The notes: generated by a model from the letters alone, not told the origin. A stretch of DNA of 64,000 nucleotides from an uncultured archaeon (GCA_963817525.1 CAWFOU010000001.1:768001-832000); one strand, 5' to 3'. Counted from the stretch's first letter, positions 1-9,935 are shown. Program-made: numbers and translations.

Positions 1-206
1 TGAGCGTCCCGGCTTGGAAATCTATGCCATCATGGTATATGGTCGCCACTAAGGATCAGGCAATCCCACCCGATGCCGAACGGATGTTCGCCAAGCGCAT
101 GGGCGCAATCGTCGTCGAAGTGCAGTCGAGTCATGTGGCCATGACGTCGCACCCGAAAGAGACGGCCGAGCTGATTGAGAGGGCTGCAATAGCGACAGGC
201 AAGTAA
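1..206 (+). CDS. alpha/beta hydrolase, C-terminal part (5' end outside window)
   Basis: PAWKSMPSWYMVATKDQAIPP...SSHVAMTSHP matches the C-terminus of Abhydrolase_6-type proteins (catalytic Asp/His region). Confidence 0.75.
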   Translation, partial: SVPAWKSMPSWYMVATKDQAIPPDAERMFAKRMGAIVVEVQSSHVAMTSHPKETAELIERAAIATGK

Positions 207-361
207 GGCTGACCACTGTCAGGGATGCTCAAGATCTGGTTGATCAGCTTCGCTCTGGTCCTCCGTCCTCGTGCCTTCCCCATAAGGAACCAGAGTTGGA
301 GACGGAGGTCCGGGACATCCTTCATACAGGTTTGCGGGGCGTCCCGCCCAACCCCCATGAT

Positions 362-868
362 TTAGTCGGCCTCGGCGAGGGCTCGGAGCAAGTCCGCGTT
401 CTTCGGTCGATCCGGCGCATTCCTACCAACGTAGCTGTAACGCACGATTCCCCTTCCATCGATTACGAATGCCGACGGCTTCGGCAGTCGGCTTATCCCT
501 CTCGCCTTTAGCGCCTCAGGCACGTTGGCATCCAGCACCCCATACCTCTCAATCGAGCCGAAGGAGGCATCACTTAGCAATACGAACGGAAGTTGCAGCT
601 TCTTCAGGAAGTCTTTCCCTTTCTCTACCTCCTCACCGCTGACAGCGACCACCACGGCATTCAATCCTTCGAACTTCTCGTAGTCCCTGGCGATTGCAGC
701 TAGCTGCTCGTTGCAGAAAGGACACCAGCCGCCGCGGTAGAATAGAAGGACTGCCTTCCTTCCACCAATCAGGCTGCTCAGTCGTACTTTTTTCTCAGAC
801 AAGTCGCGAGCTTCAAAGTCGGGGGCGGACTCCCCCACCTGGACCTTAGCGATGTTCTCTTTTTCCAT
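362..868 (-). CDS. peroxiredoxin-like AhpC/TSA family protein
   Basis: VGESAPDF, FYRGGWCPFC motif, thioredoxin fold. Confidence 0.85.
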   Translation of the reverse strand: MEKENIAKVQVGESAPDFEARDLSEKKVRLSSLIGGRKAVLLFYRGGWCPFCNEQLAAIARDYEKFEGLNAVVVAVSGEEVEKGKDFLKKLQLPFVLLSDASFGSIERYGVLDANVPEALKARGISRLPKPSAFVIDGRGIVRYSYVGRNAPDRPKNADLLRALAEAD

Positions 869-933
869 GGTTTCCTTCGTATTCTAGGTATCAAAAGGAA
901 AGTATTAAAAGAGCAAAGTGTCAGGGGTGACAC

Positions 934-1308
934 ATGCGAGGAACCATGACGATTGACGCCTCGATCTGTCCTATCGTGGCTACAATGAAGATTTTAGGGA
1001 ACGAATGGAATATGATTGCCATCAGGTACCTGCACGACCAACCGATGAAGTATAACCAGCTCAGGCGTGCAATGGGCAGTGTGAGCTCAAAGACTCTCTC
1101 GCGCTCGCTCAAGCACTTGGCGAAGGAGGAGATTGTCGAGAGGAGAGTCCTTGAGACGTCGCCGATCTCAGTTCAATATTCCCTGACCGAAAGAGGGCAG
1201 GAGTTGAGTGAGGCGCTCTATGAAATGAAGAGTTGGGGCAGCAAGTGGTTAACCCCCAGAACCCTCCAAGAGGCGAAGGCCCTCGGCACTGACCGAGCCA
1301 AGCGCTGA
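934..1308 (+). CDS. HxlR-family winged-helix regulator
   Basis: CPIVATMKILGNEW...SSKTLSRSLKHL...VQYSLTERG; divergent from the peroxiredoxin. Confidence 0.9.
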   Translation: MRGTMTIDASICPIVATMKILGNEWNMIAIRYLHDQPMKYNQLRRAMGSVSSKTLSRSLKHLAKEEIVERRVLETSPISVQYSLTERGQELSEALYEMKSWGSKWLTPRTLQEAKALGTDRAKR

Positions 1309-1376
1309 CGATGATGTCGAAGCTCGGAGCGACTGCCCTTGAATTTCAAAGCACAAAGGGGTGGGTGGATTCCGGG

Positions 1377-1522
1377 CGTATCCTTGGATCTGCCCCGATA
1401 GGTATGGAGTACCGCCTCACAGGAGGGGCATGGAGATGAGCGGGGCTCTCTACGAGATGAAGAAGTGGGGGAGGAAGCGGCTCGCGCGGAAGGGACTCCC
1501 GACCGCCATGCTCGCGACCTAG
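1377..1522 (+). pseudogene. HxlR 3' remnant with frameshift
   Basis: translates RILGSAPIGMEYRLT / RGMEMSGALYEMKKWGRK, aligning to the C-terminus of 934..1308. Confidence 0.65.
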
Positions 1523-1533
1523 GAGGGACCGGA

Positions 1534-2980
1534 ATGAAGCAATACGACCTGATAATCGTGGGCAGCGGCTCAGCCATGAACATCGTCGACCTCATGATCG
1601 AGAGGAATCCAAAGATCAAGATTGCTGTGATAGACAAGGACGAGCCTGGGGGGATCTGCCTCACCAGGGGCTGCATCCCATCCAAGATAATGGTCTACCC
1701 TGCGGAACTCGTCAGGACGCTCGACGGAGCCGAGGTGCTGGGGTTGGACGTCGAGGTCAAGGGCGTGAGCTACGACAAGATCATGAGGAGGATGAGGTCG
1801 CTCATCGACAAGGACATCGAATCGATAAGGGAACGCCTCTCAAACTCCGAGAACATCGACTATTATCACGCACAGGCTGAGTTCATCGCGCCCTATCAGA
1901 TTAGCGTGGAAGAAGAAACCATCGTAGGCAACATGATCTTCCTGGGGACGGGCTCCAGGGCGGTCATCCCCGAGATCAAGGGCCTCGATTCCGTCGGCTA
2001 TCAGACCAGCGACTCGATAATACGCATGGAGATGAAGAACCTGCCCGGCAGCATCGCCATAGTCGGCGCCGGCTATATCGGGGCGGAGTTCGGGCACTTC
2101 TTCGCCGCGCTGGGCTCCAAGGTTACGATCATAGGCCGGAATCCCCAATTCCTGCCGGGCGAAGAACCGGAGATTTCAGTCCTCGCCGCGCGCGACATGG
2201 GAAAGCACATGGGAATCATGACCAATTGCGAAGCGCCCGAGGTGCGACTGCTGGACAACGGTATCAAGACCCTGGAGGTCTTCGACCGTCGAACCTCGAA
2301 GACGGTCAGCGTCGAGGCAGAGGAGATCCTTGTGGCCGCGGGGAGGGGTCCCACAAACGACATCCTGAGGCCAGAGGAGGGCGGCGTGAGGACAACGAAG
2401 GAGGGCTGGATAGAGGTGAACGAATTCCTAGAGACGTCCCAGCCGAATGTCTGGGCTCTCGGGGACTCGCATGGGAAATACCTTTTCAGGCACGTGGCCA
2501 ACTACGAGTCCGAGGTACTCTACGAGAACGCCGTCTTGAAGAGGAAGGTCCAGCTAGATTATCATACCCCATGCCGTGTTCACTTATCCCGAGGTCGCCA
2601 GCGTGGGATTGAGGGAGAAGGAGGCTGTGGAGAAGTACGGGGAAAGCGGAGTTCTCATTGGCTTTCACAGGTTCGAGGACACGGCAAAGGGCGAGGCGAT
2701 GGGCGTCAAGGACTACTTCGTGAAGGTCTTGCTCAAGAGGGATTCGCGGATAATACTTGGCGCGCACATCATAGGTCCGCACGCCTCAATCCTGATTCAG
2801 GAAATCATCAATCTGATGTACACAGACGACAGGAGCTCTCAGCCTATGCAGGACGCGATTCACATCCATCCGTCGCTGAGCGAGGCGGTCCAGTGGGCTT
2901 TCGGCTCTCTGATGAATCCACACGAGTATCATCACGCACTTGAGCATTACGGCCTTGCCGGTCACCCCGAATCTGCTTAG
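1534..2980 (+). pseudogene. dihydrolipoamide dehydrogenase / mycothione reductase-like flavoprotein, frameshifted near 2566
   Basis: GSGSA, GGICLTRGCIPSK, GAGYIG; dimerisation domain (PHAVFTYPE...HIHPSLSE) continues in another frame to 2980. Confidence 0.8.
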
Positions 2981-3182
2981 CTTGTCAAAGGGATATTGAA
3001 ATCGCCGGGTTGTTCGCAAACTTGAGAGCAACCATAGCCCGAAGGGGCTTGGTAATTCATCCAGGCCGACCCAAAGCTGGCAGACTAATCGGCACAACCA
3101 AGGTATAGAAATACGCGAGACAACCTGCATCGCCCTATGGCATCAGACGCGAAGTTCGAATCCGACCCTGGGTATGTAATGA

Positions 3183-3261
3183 TGGCGGGCCCGGAGAGAT
3201 TTGAACTCTCGACCCTCGGCTTCGGAGGCCGATGCCCTGATCCGTGCTAGGCTACGGGCCC
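3183..3261 (-). tRNA. tRNA-Arg(CCG), CCA encoded
   Basis: GGGCCCG acceptor, TCGGC-CTCCGAA-GCCGA anticodon arm, GAGAG-TTCAAAT-CTCTC T arm, ends GCCA. Confidence 0.95.
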
Positions 3262-3380
3262 TGGCCTGACAGGGCCGCCTACTCTAGTTATGTCTTGGGG
3301 CGGCGTCCAACCCTCGCAGGTCAGACGCAGGGCCTATAGCACGGGATAAATGGGCACACGTCGCGGGGCAGAGCTACACT

Positions 3381-5306
3381 TTGAAGTTTAGGGAGTTCGA
3401 GGCCGAGGTAAGGGGCGCGATTCTTGCGGCCGCGGAGGGGAAGGGCTACAAGCTCGCGGAGGTCGAGCTTCTCCGCCCACCCAACCCCGAGCTCGGCGAC
3501 GTCTCGAGCCCTGTCGGTCTCAGGATCGCGAGGGAGGCCCGGAAAGCCCCAGGAGTGATCGCCCAGGAGATCGCCGAGACCGTCGGCGCGAACGCGAAGA
3601 GCTGGCGTCTGATAGGCGGGGTCGAGGCCCACGACTCTGGGTACGTGAACTTCCGCACCAACTGGGGCCTCTTCGCGTACGAGCTCCTCCAGTCGGTGCT
3701 CAAGCCGGCAGGCGGCCTCCTCTCGCTGGACGCTCCCGGGGACAGGAAGCGCGTAGCCATCGAGCACACCAACGTCAACCCGAACAAGGCGCTCCACATC
3801 GGCCACGCGAGGAACCTCGTCCTTGGAGACTCCCTCGTCAGGACGATGAAGAGGCTGGGGCACGAGGTCCAGACTCTCAACTATATCGACGACTCGGGAG
3901 CCCAGGTAGCGGACGTCATCGTCGGGCTCAAGTTCCTGGGCTTCTCAGACCAAGCGCCGGATGGCGTCAAGTTCGACGCCTACTGCGGGGACGTCGTGTA
4001 CACCAAGGTGAACCAGGCGTACGAGAGGGACCCCTCGCTGAAGGAGAAGCAGCGTCTGGTCCTGAAGGAGATAGAGAAGGGGACCGGGGAGCTAGGACAG
4101 TACGCAGAGAAGATAGTCTCGAGGATCCTCGCGGCCCAGCTGGAGACGTGCTGGAGGCTGGGTGCCAGGTACGACCTCCTGAACTGGGAGTCCCACATCC
4201 TGAGGACGGGGATGTGGAAGGACGTCTTCGAGGAGTTGAAAGCGAAGGGCATAGCCGTGCTCGAGACGGAGGGAGAGAACGCGGGCTGCTGGGTGGTGAA
4301 GGACAAGGAGCTCGGGGAGGACAAGGTTTTGGTGAGGTCGGACGGCACGGTCCTCTATGTCGCGAAGGACATCCCCTATGCCGCGTGGAAGATAGGGCTC
4401 GTCGCAGACCGGTTCACATATCGCGTGTACGGCACCCAGCCCGACGGGAGCACCCTCTGGAGCACGGCCGGCGAGCTGACGGGAGAGGGGGGAGCGCCCT
4501 CGCACCCGAAGTTCGGCGGGGCTGACCTAGCCATCTCGGTAATCGACTCGAAGCAGACCAGGCTACAGAAGGTGGTCAGCAAGGTCCTCGGGCGGATGGA
4601 TGGGAAGGAGAACGAGAGGTACCTGCACAGGGCCTACGAGGTGGTCGCCCTCTCCAAGAGGTCGGCGGAGAGCCTGGGCATCACCGTCGAGAAGGAGTTC
4701 GTCCACATGCAGGGAAGGAAGGGGATCTACATCAACGTCGACACGATGCTCGACGCGTTGAGGGACAAGTCCTTCGAGGAGACGAAGAGGAGGAACCCCG
4801 AGAGGGGAGACGAGTGGTTAGACTCTGTCGCCGACGTACTGGCGGTGGCCGCGTTCAGGTTCGAGCTGGTCAAGCAGGACCCCGACAAGATCATCGCGTT
4901 CGACCTGGAGTCATCCCTCAGGCTGCAGGGGGACACGGGCCCCTACCTGCTCTACAGCTTCGCCCGCGCCAGCAGGATGCTCGCGAAGTCCGGGGCGACC
5001 GACCCGAAAGTGACCGAGGAGACGGCGGGAAAGCTAACGCACCCGAAGGAAGTATCTTTGCTCAAGCTGATTTCCGTATACGACAAGTCCGTCCTCGAGG
5101 CGGAGCACTATCTTTCGCCAAAGGAGGTGGCCACGTACGCCCACTCCCTCGCGGCGACCTTCAGCGAGTTCTACGAGGCGGTCCAGGTCAACAGCGAGCC
5201 CGACCTCGGCCTCCGGGACGCGAGGCTCGCGATGATCCAAGTGTTCAGGGAGATCCTCAAGGACGCGCTGACGCTCTTGGGCATCGGGGCTCTCGAAGAG
5301 ATCTGA
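3381..5306 (+). CDS. argS: arginyl-tRNA synthetase (archaeal type)
   Basis: EHTNVNPNKALHIGHARN HIGH motif, GDTGPYLLY, C-terminal DALR-like domain. Confidence 0.95.
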   Translation: MKFREFEAEVRGAILAAAEGKGYKLAEVELLRPPNPELGDVSSPVGLRIAREARKAPGVIAQEIAETVGANAKSWRLIGGVEAHDSGYVNFRTNWGLFAYELLQSVLKPAGGLLSLDAPGDRKRVAIEHTNVNPNKALHIGHARNLVLGDSLVRTMKRLGHEVQTLNYIDDSGAQVADVIVGLKFLGFSDQAPDGVKFDAYCGDVVYTKVNQAYERDPSLKEKQRLVLKEIEKGTGELGQYAEKIVSRILAAQLETCWRLGARYDLLNWESHILRTGMWKDVFEELKAKGIAVLETEGENAGCWVVKDKELGEDKVLVRSDGTVLYVAKDIPYAAWKIGLVADRFTYRVYGTQPDGSTLWSTAGELTGEGGAPSHPKFGGADLAISVIDSKQTRLQKVVSKVLGRMDGKENERYLHRAYEVVALSKRSAESLGITVEKEFVHMQGRKGIYINVDTMLDALRDKSFEETKRRNPERGDEWLDSVADVLAVAAFRFELVKQDPDKIIAFDLESSLRLQGDTGPYLLYSFARASRMLAKSGATDPKVTEETAGKLTHPKEVSLLKLISVYDKSVLEAEHYLSPKEVATYAHSLAATFSEFYEAVQVNSEPDLGLRDARLAMIQVFREILKDALTLLGIGALEEI

Positions 5307-5431
5307 GCGAGCGAGTCCTCGCCGCCCGGTTCGACCTGTCAGAGCGGTCTGTCCCTGTGCAGCGGCTGATTTTTATATGTAGAGGGTTTCTCATTTTAGC
5401 CATGTATCCGCCGCAGAGGATTATCACGAAC

Positions 5432-5716
5432 ATGTCGAGACAGCACGTAGACCAGGCGATAGAAGAGCTCGAGCAGTCCATCGAGGTGGACAGGACGGAG
5501 ATCGGTCATTATCAGATTCTCGAGGAGATGCTATCTGCGGCTTCTCTAAAGGCCGTTGGCGGAGGGAAGGCGCCGATGGGGCTGGACCTTGCCCTCCGCG
5601 AAAGGCAACAGGCCAGGGGCGCGCTTCAAGGGCTCAGGCAGCTAGAATACGATGAAATCAACAAGAAGCAAGAGGTGTTGAGCTTCTTCACCAGGCTCAG
5701 AGCCTACGTGACCTGA
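5432..5716 (+). CDS. small hypothetical coiled-coil protein
   Basis: open frame MSRQHVDQAIEELEQ... downstream of a TTTTATAT box; alternative start 5402. Confidence 0.5.
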   Translation: MSRQHVDQAIEELEQSIEVDRTEIGHYQILEEMLSAASLKAVGGGKAPMGLDLALRERQQARGALQGLRQLEYDEINKKQEVLSFFTRLRAYVT

Positions 5717-5831
5717 TTCGCTTTCGGTGCCACCGCGGCCCTTGTTAACTCCGTGTCGTCGAACCGCAGAATTGAGGAACGAGCATGGCAAGCTAAAAAG
5801 CCCGGTTTCTGGGGCCGTGACTCGCACTAGC

Positions 5832-5904
5832 AGCCCGTTCGTCTAGTGGTCAAGGATAGGGGCCTCTGGAGCCTCTGACCCAGGTTCGAATCCTGGACGG
5901 GCTA
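5832..5904 (+). tRNA. tRNA-Gln(CTG); anchor of the cassette array
   Basis: AGCCCGT acceptor, GGGGC-CTCTGGA-GCCTC anticodon arm, CCAGG-TTCGAAT-CCTGG T arm, ACGGGCT-A. Confidence 0.95.
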
Positions 5905-6051
5905 TCTCTCCAATTCCTGCTCTTTTTGCACTTTGTGGTCTGATTCAGGTCGCGCTTGCCCGAAGGAGTCCGCGCGGACCGTCGGTTTGTTGATTCCAGA
6001 ACATGTTACCACACACCTTAATTTCGACCATGCATTCCAGGAGAGGTTGCA

Positions 6052-7362
6052 ATGGATGTCGATTCCCAAAGAGGTATCGGCAAATCTGCCGGTCTTGCCG
6101 TAGCCGCCGCCCTTCTCGTTATCGCCGGGCTCATAGCTTTCGCAGGGACCACGAAAACTCCAGCAAGCATCTCTTCCAATCAATCGTCCCCCGCTTCGAG
6201 GGCCAGTCAATTCACGTTCTTCAATTCAACAGTCTCTCTGGACGGCCTACAACTTGGCGTGGCTCTGAATACGACGTCACTTCCGGCAGGCCAAGGTTTG
6301 TCAGCCGATGTGTATCTCACGAACACTCTGCCCAGGAACATCTCGCTCCCCGCGAATCTCACAGCCTTCGGGGGGGATTCGACCCTCGAGTCTTTGGGCC
6401 GTGGCTATCAGTGCGATGGGGCGGGGCTTCTGGGCGTACTCAATTTTGGAGTTTACCGGGGACACTATACCGCAGAGAATTTCTCACAGGAGCCCGCTCC
6501 TCTCTTGATGGAGGCTCCTGTTCCTGGCAGTTGTCCAAACCCGTACTACTACGTCCAATCGCAAACTCAGGGTTTTGAATTTGCGCCAAACAGCGACATG
6601 GCCACGCTTTCAGGGCAGAAGACGACTGAGATGCATCTCACTCTCCAAAGTATCAACTTCACAGCGGTTCCATACACGTTCTGCTGTGAGACGATTATTC
6701 AGAACGGATCGACAACGACTTCGCGAAGTGGAATGGACCTTGGAGGGTCATGGTCGCCCTCCGAGGGCGCTAGAGGTTACTGGACGATGCCCCCTAACGG
6801 CACCGCCATCCCTTCATTTGGAGGAAGCAACATACTTCAGACCGTTAATCAGGTCCACGACCTCTATCACGAGTTCGGCCCGGGTCTCTATACGATTGTG
6901 GCGGAGGACTTTTGGAACCAGACCGCGTTCGCGTATTTTGGGGTCCACCCCAACTCTTCCTCTTCGACAATCGCTTGCTTCGAAACAGGGTTCCCTTCAA
7001 CCATCTCCGTAAGGCTCGTTCAAGACGCAACGTTGCAGCCTGCACAAGGGGTTCATGTCTTCGCTTACGAATTGAACCCTTGCGGTGCGTCGAATCAGGT
7101 AGACCTTGGCGTCACGAACTCCACTGGGTATGCTCCTATTCAGCTGAACTGGAACGGAAAATACACCGTCGAAGTCGACTACAATTCCCAAACAATCTTT
7201 GGTTTCTCAGGTCAATCTTTCAATCTACCGACGCTTGACACCCTGAGCGTCCCGTCAGGGATTGTAACAGAACAGACCAACGGTTGCCTGCCAGATGCTT
7301 GTCTCCCATACACGACGACGACAACGGCTAACATCACCACTGCTCTACCGGGCGGTCCTTGA
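6052..7362 (+). CDS. membrane-anchored secreted protein (cassette 1)
   Basis: N-terminal TM segment, Ser/Thr/Asn-rich beta-type body with many N-x-S/T sequons. Confidence 0.75.
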   Translation: MDVDSQRGIGKSAGLAVAAALLVIAGLIAFAGTTKTPASISSNQSSPASRASQFTFFNSTVSLDGLQLGVALNTTSLPAGQGLSADVYLTNTLPRNISLPANLTAFGGDSTLESLGRGYQCDGAGLLGVLNFGVYRGHYTAENFSQEPAPLLMEAPVPGSCPNPYYYVQSQTQGFEFAPNSDMATLSGQKTTEMHLTLQSINFTAVPYTFCCETIIQNGSTTTSRSGMDLGGSWSPSEGARGYWTMPPNGTAIPSFGGSNILQTVNQVHDLYHEFGPGLYTIVAEDFWNQTAFAYFGVHPNSSSSTIACFETGFPSTISVRLVQDATLQPAQGVHVFAYELNPCGASNQVDLGVTNSTGYAPIQLNWNGKYTVEVDYNSQTIFGFSGQSFNLPTLDTLSVPSGIVTEQTNGCLPDACLPYTTTTTANITTALPGGP

Positions 7363-7368
7363 CTGGAT

Positions 7369-7396
7369 GGATTAGTACCTATTCGGGTGCGAACAA
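7369..7396 (+). repeat. orphan type-B site (11-6-11)
   Basis: GGATTAGTACC-TATTCG-GGTGCGAACAA, starting 7 bp after a stop codon; no tRNA 3' end follows. Confidence 0.6.
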
Positions 7397-7420
7397 CGTT
7401 CAGGCGAAGATACCACCAAT

Positions 7421-7475
7421 GAGTGTCAAATTCCACGTAAAAGCCCCTGAACAGGTGCAGCTCCTGGGCGGCCTA
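7421..7475 (+). repeat. junction J1, type A
   Basis: GAGTGTCAAATTCCACGTAAAAGCCCCTGAACAGGTGCAGCT-CCTGGGCGGCCTA (core has 2 mismatches). Confidence 0.85.
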
Positions 7476-7617
7476 TTTTCTGTTGGCGCTCTGGTGGTGC
7501 CGAATGGAGTTCTGCTCCGGAGTGGGCACTTCTCGAGTCTTCCCGGTCCGACTCTGCCAAATCGAGTAAGGAGACTCTAACGTTCGGTTTTCGGACGCCT
7601 ACTCAGCTGATGGGATC

Positions 7618-8040
7618 CTACGTCGCTAATGGATCGACAAACTTCATCTCACGACTTTTGAACCGCAAGCTCTGAAGGCTCAGCAGATCCTGATCGTGGG
7701 TCAGCATCGTTTCGATTCCGTTCCTGAGGTAGCAACCTACAATCAGAGCGTCTCTTCCCCCCAAGTTGAGCTTTGTTCCCAAGTCCAACGAAAAAAGCGA
7801 AACCGTCTTGGTGAGATTGAAGAAGACTGTCCGCCGGTCCTTGACGAGCGTACGAAGTTTCAATCGCCCGTCTGCAGGTGACATTCCTCTCTTGAATACC
7901 AGGGTATGATATGATTCATGTACCACGGTAGGGTTTAGCGCCCAAGCTTGGGTTGACAAGATGGAGTCTCTAGCTTTCACGTGCTCGTCGGTTGTTGGAT
8001 CCAAGGCGTGGACTAGGATGCTGGAATCTATGCCATTCAC
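7618..8040 (-). CDS. vapC: PIN-domain (VapC) toxin
   Basis: IDSSILV...E...GGRDALI...THDQD acidic PIN motifs. Confidence 0.85.
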   Translation of the reverse strand: MNGIDSSILVHALDPTTDEHVKARDSILSTQAWALNPTVVHESYHTLVFKRGMSPADGRLKLRTLVKDRRTVFFNLTKTVSLFSLDLGTKLNLGGRDALIVGCYLRNGIETMLTHDQDLLSLQSLRFKSREMKFVDPLAT

Positions 8041-8276
8041 TTAGCTCGCCAGATTTCTTTGATTTCATCTTCTTTGACCAGCTGCGGCTTCCTCGTTCTC
8101 TTAGGGTCCCAAGACATCGTCTCGCGGAGCGAATCCTCTGTTTCCTTTGCCTTTTTCACGGTGACAAAGCCCTTCTCCTTCTTGAACGTGACTACGCTGC
8201 CTTCCACTAGACCCAATTCATCGGCGATGTCCTTGGGTAGCACTACCCTTCTCTTGTCGTCCAGGATAGAGGTCAT
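8037..8276 (-). CDS. vapB: AbrB/MazE-fold antitoxin
   Basis: LDDKRRVVLPKDIADELGLVEG; overlaps the PIN start. Confidence 0.85.
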   Translation of the reverse strand: MTSILDDKRRVVLPKDIADELGLVEGSVVTFKKEKGFVTVKKAKETEDSLRETMSWDPKRTRKPQLVKEDEIKEIWRAK

Positions 8277-8299
8277 GTCCCACCACATCCGGTGGGACA
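8276..8299. promoter_or_regulatory. putative TA autoregulatory operator
   Basis: perfect inverted repeat TGTCCCACC-ACATCC-GGTGGGACA at the antitoxin start. Confidence 0.55.
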
Positions 8300-8496
8300 A
8301 ACTAATATGTGTTTAGGCGCTCCTGCTACCCGGCCAGAGCATCCACGACAGCCAGACCCTGGTCAAGGGTCCGATCAACGCCAACCATGAATACCCTCTC
8401 ACCATCTACGGCGCCCTCCCCCAGGAGGATTGATTTCTCCTATACAGTGATGATACAAATCTAGGCACCGAGTTGAAACTCAGCAGCACCTCAGAG

Positions 8497-8551
8497 GAGT
8501 GCAAATTTCCGCCTAATAGCCCCTAAACAGGTGCAGCCCCTGGATGGGCTA
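8497..8551 (+). repeat. junction J2, type A
   Basis: GAGTGCAAATTTCCGCCTAATAGCCCCTAAACAGGTGCAGCC-CCTGGATGGGCTA. Confidence 0.9.
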
Positions 8552-8798
8552 CCTATTTTGACCTCTATTGGTCAAAAGAGACAGCGTTGACGCTGTTACT
8601 AGGTAAAATGCCACAGATTCGGGTCATTTCACAACCAGAGCCACGAACTAGACGATTTCATCCTCACCGAGACAATGGATTCGAACCTTACTGAGGGATG
8701 AAGCCATCTCGAATCCGAAGAGGCCCGCCCCTGAACGCGTTTTCAAAGCGGATTCCGGGAAAGCTCTTGCCCACCCTATTCTTCCAAGTTGCAAGACT

Positions 8799-9134
8799 CT
8801 ACTTCGTAACACCTGGGTTCTTGGACATCAGCCATCGCTCGCCCCAGGACTTCATTTCGTATAGGGAATCGCTCAACTCGCGGCCCCTCTCAGTCAAGGA
8901 GTATTGGACTGAGATTGGCGATGTCTCCAAGACCCTCCTCTCGAGGATGTCTTGCTCTGCCAGGTGCTTGAGCGATCGTGAAAGCGTCTTGGAGCTCACG
9001 TTCCCCATCGCACGCCTGAGCTGGTTGTACTTCAAAGGCTCGTCATGAAGGTACCTGATAGCGATCATGTTCCATTGGTTGCCAAGCATCTTCATCGTCG
9101 CCACTGCAGGGCATATTGACGCATCGACGTGCAT
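8799..9134 (-). CDS. HxlR-family regulator, close paralog of 934..1308
   Basis: MHVDASICPAVATMKMLGNQWNMIAIRYLHD..., GAGGTGA SD before ATG. Confidence 0.9.
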   Translation of the reverse strand: MHVDASICPAVATMKMLGNQWNMIAIRYLHDEPLKYNQLRRAMGNVSSKTLSRSLKHLAEQDILERRVLETSPISVQYSLTERGRELSDSLYEMKSWGERWLMSKNPGVTK

Positions 9135-9302
9135 TGTCACCTCAGGTTTGTGTCGTGTTCTCCGTGTCGCCTTCTGTGTGATTTCGTTTAGAACCCTCCC
9201 TTTGTACTGCCTGGAGCCGGGGTCGCCACGCAGTGCCTGCATAACAATACGGTGCGGCTGAGGGGGCCGGCCGCCTTGCGAGCGATGGCTACCCAACCGG
9301 CA

Positions 9303-9935
9303 TCAACGTTCTGGCGCCGCATTTTCACGCCGCGGCAGGAGCATCAAGTCGGCCGCCTCTTCGGCATCCCTGAGAAGCGTCTTGCGCGGCGTGCCTATCA
9401 GCGCACCCATGGTAAGGCCACGAGCAAAATCAACGACCTGGCTTGCGCGGATGGCCACGGGAAAGTCGGACGGGATTTCGCCCGCGCTCATCGCGTCCCG
9501 GAAACGACCTTCCACTAGTCCTACGGCGTGAGCGGCCGCGTTCTGTAGGAACTGCCGGACCTCAGCATCGTTCACGAGCGGCGCGACGCACTCGAGAAGA
9601 CATCCGCGAGCTGATCCCTCCTGGGTCGCGGTTTCTACGGCGTTCCTCATGAAGGCGGCGAGCGAGTCGCGAAGAGTGCGCGGCGAGAGGAGTGCCTTCG
9701 CAGCGAGAGCCCCTTTCGTCTCTGCGTACGCCCTAAGGGCGCGCAAGAACAACGTCCGCTTGTCTCCGAAGACGGAATACAGGCTCGGCCGTCCCACGCC
9801 CATCCCTGCGACGAGGTCGTCGATCGTCACTCCGTCGTAGCCCTTCGACCAGAATACCTGGATCGCCTTTTCCAGCGCGAACCTCTCATCGAAGCTGCGC
9901 GGCCGTCCACGCGGCCTGGCGTCATTTTGCAACAT
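9303..9935 (-). CDS. TetR/AcrR-family regulator
   Basis: RGRPRSFD...FWSKGYDGVTIDDLVAGMGVGRPSLYSVFGDK. Confidence 0.9.
   Translation of the reverse strand: MLQNDARPRGRPRSFDERFALEKAIQVFWSKGYDGVTIDDLVAGMGVGRPSLYSVFGDKRTLFLRALRAYAETKGALAAKALLSPRTLRDSLAAFMRNAVETATQEGSARGCLLECVAPLVNDAEVRQFLQNAAAHAVGLVEGRFRDAMSAGEIPSDFPVAIRASQVVDFARGLTMGALIGTPRKTLLRDAEEAADLMLLPRRENAAPER

Noticed and set aside
3036-3049. AGCCC-GAAG-GGGCT as a collapsed Gln junction on the minus strand
   Set aside because: Too short; equally explained as a small hairpin
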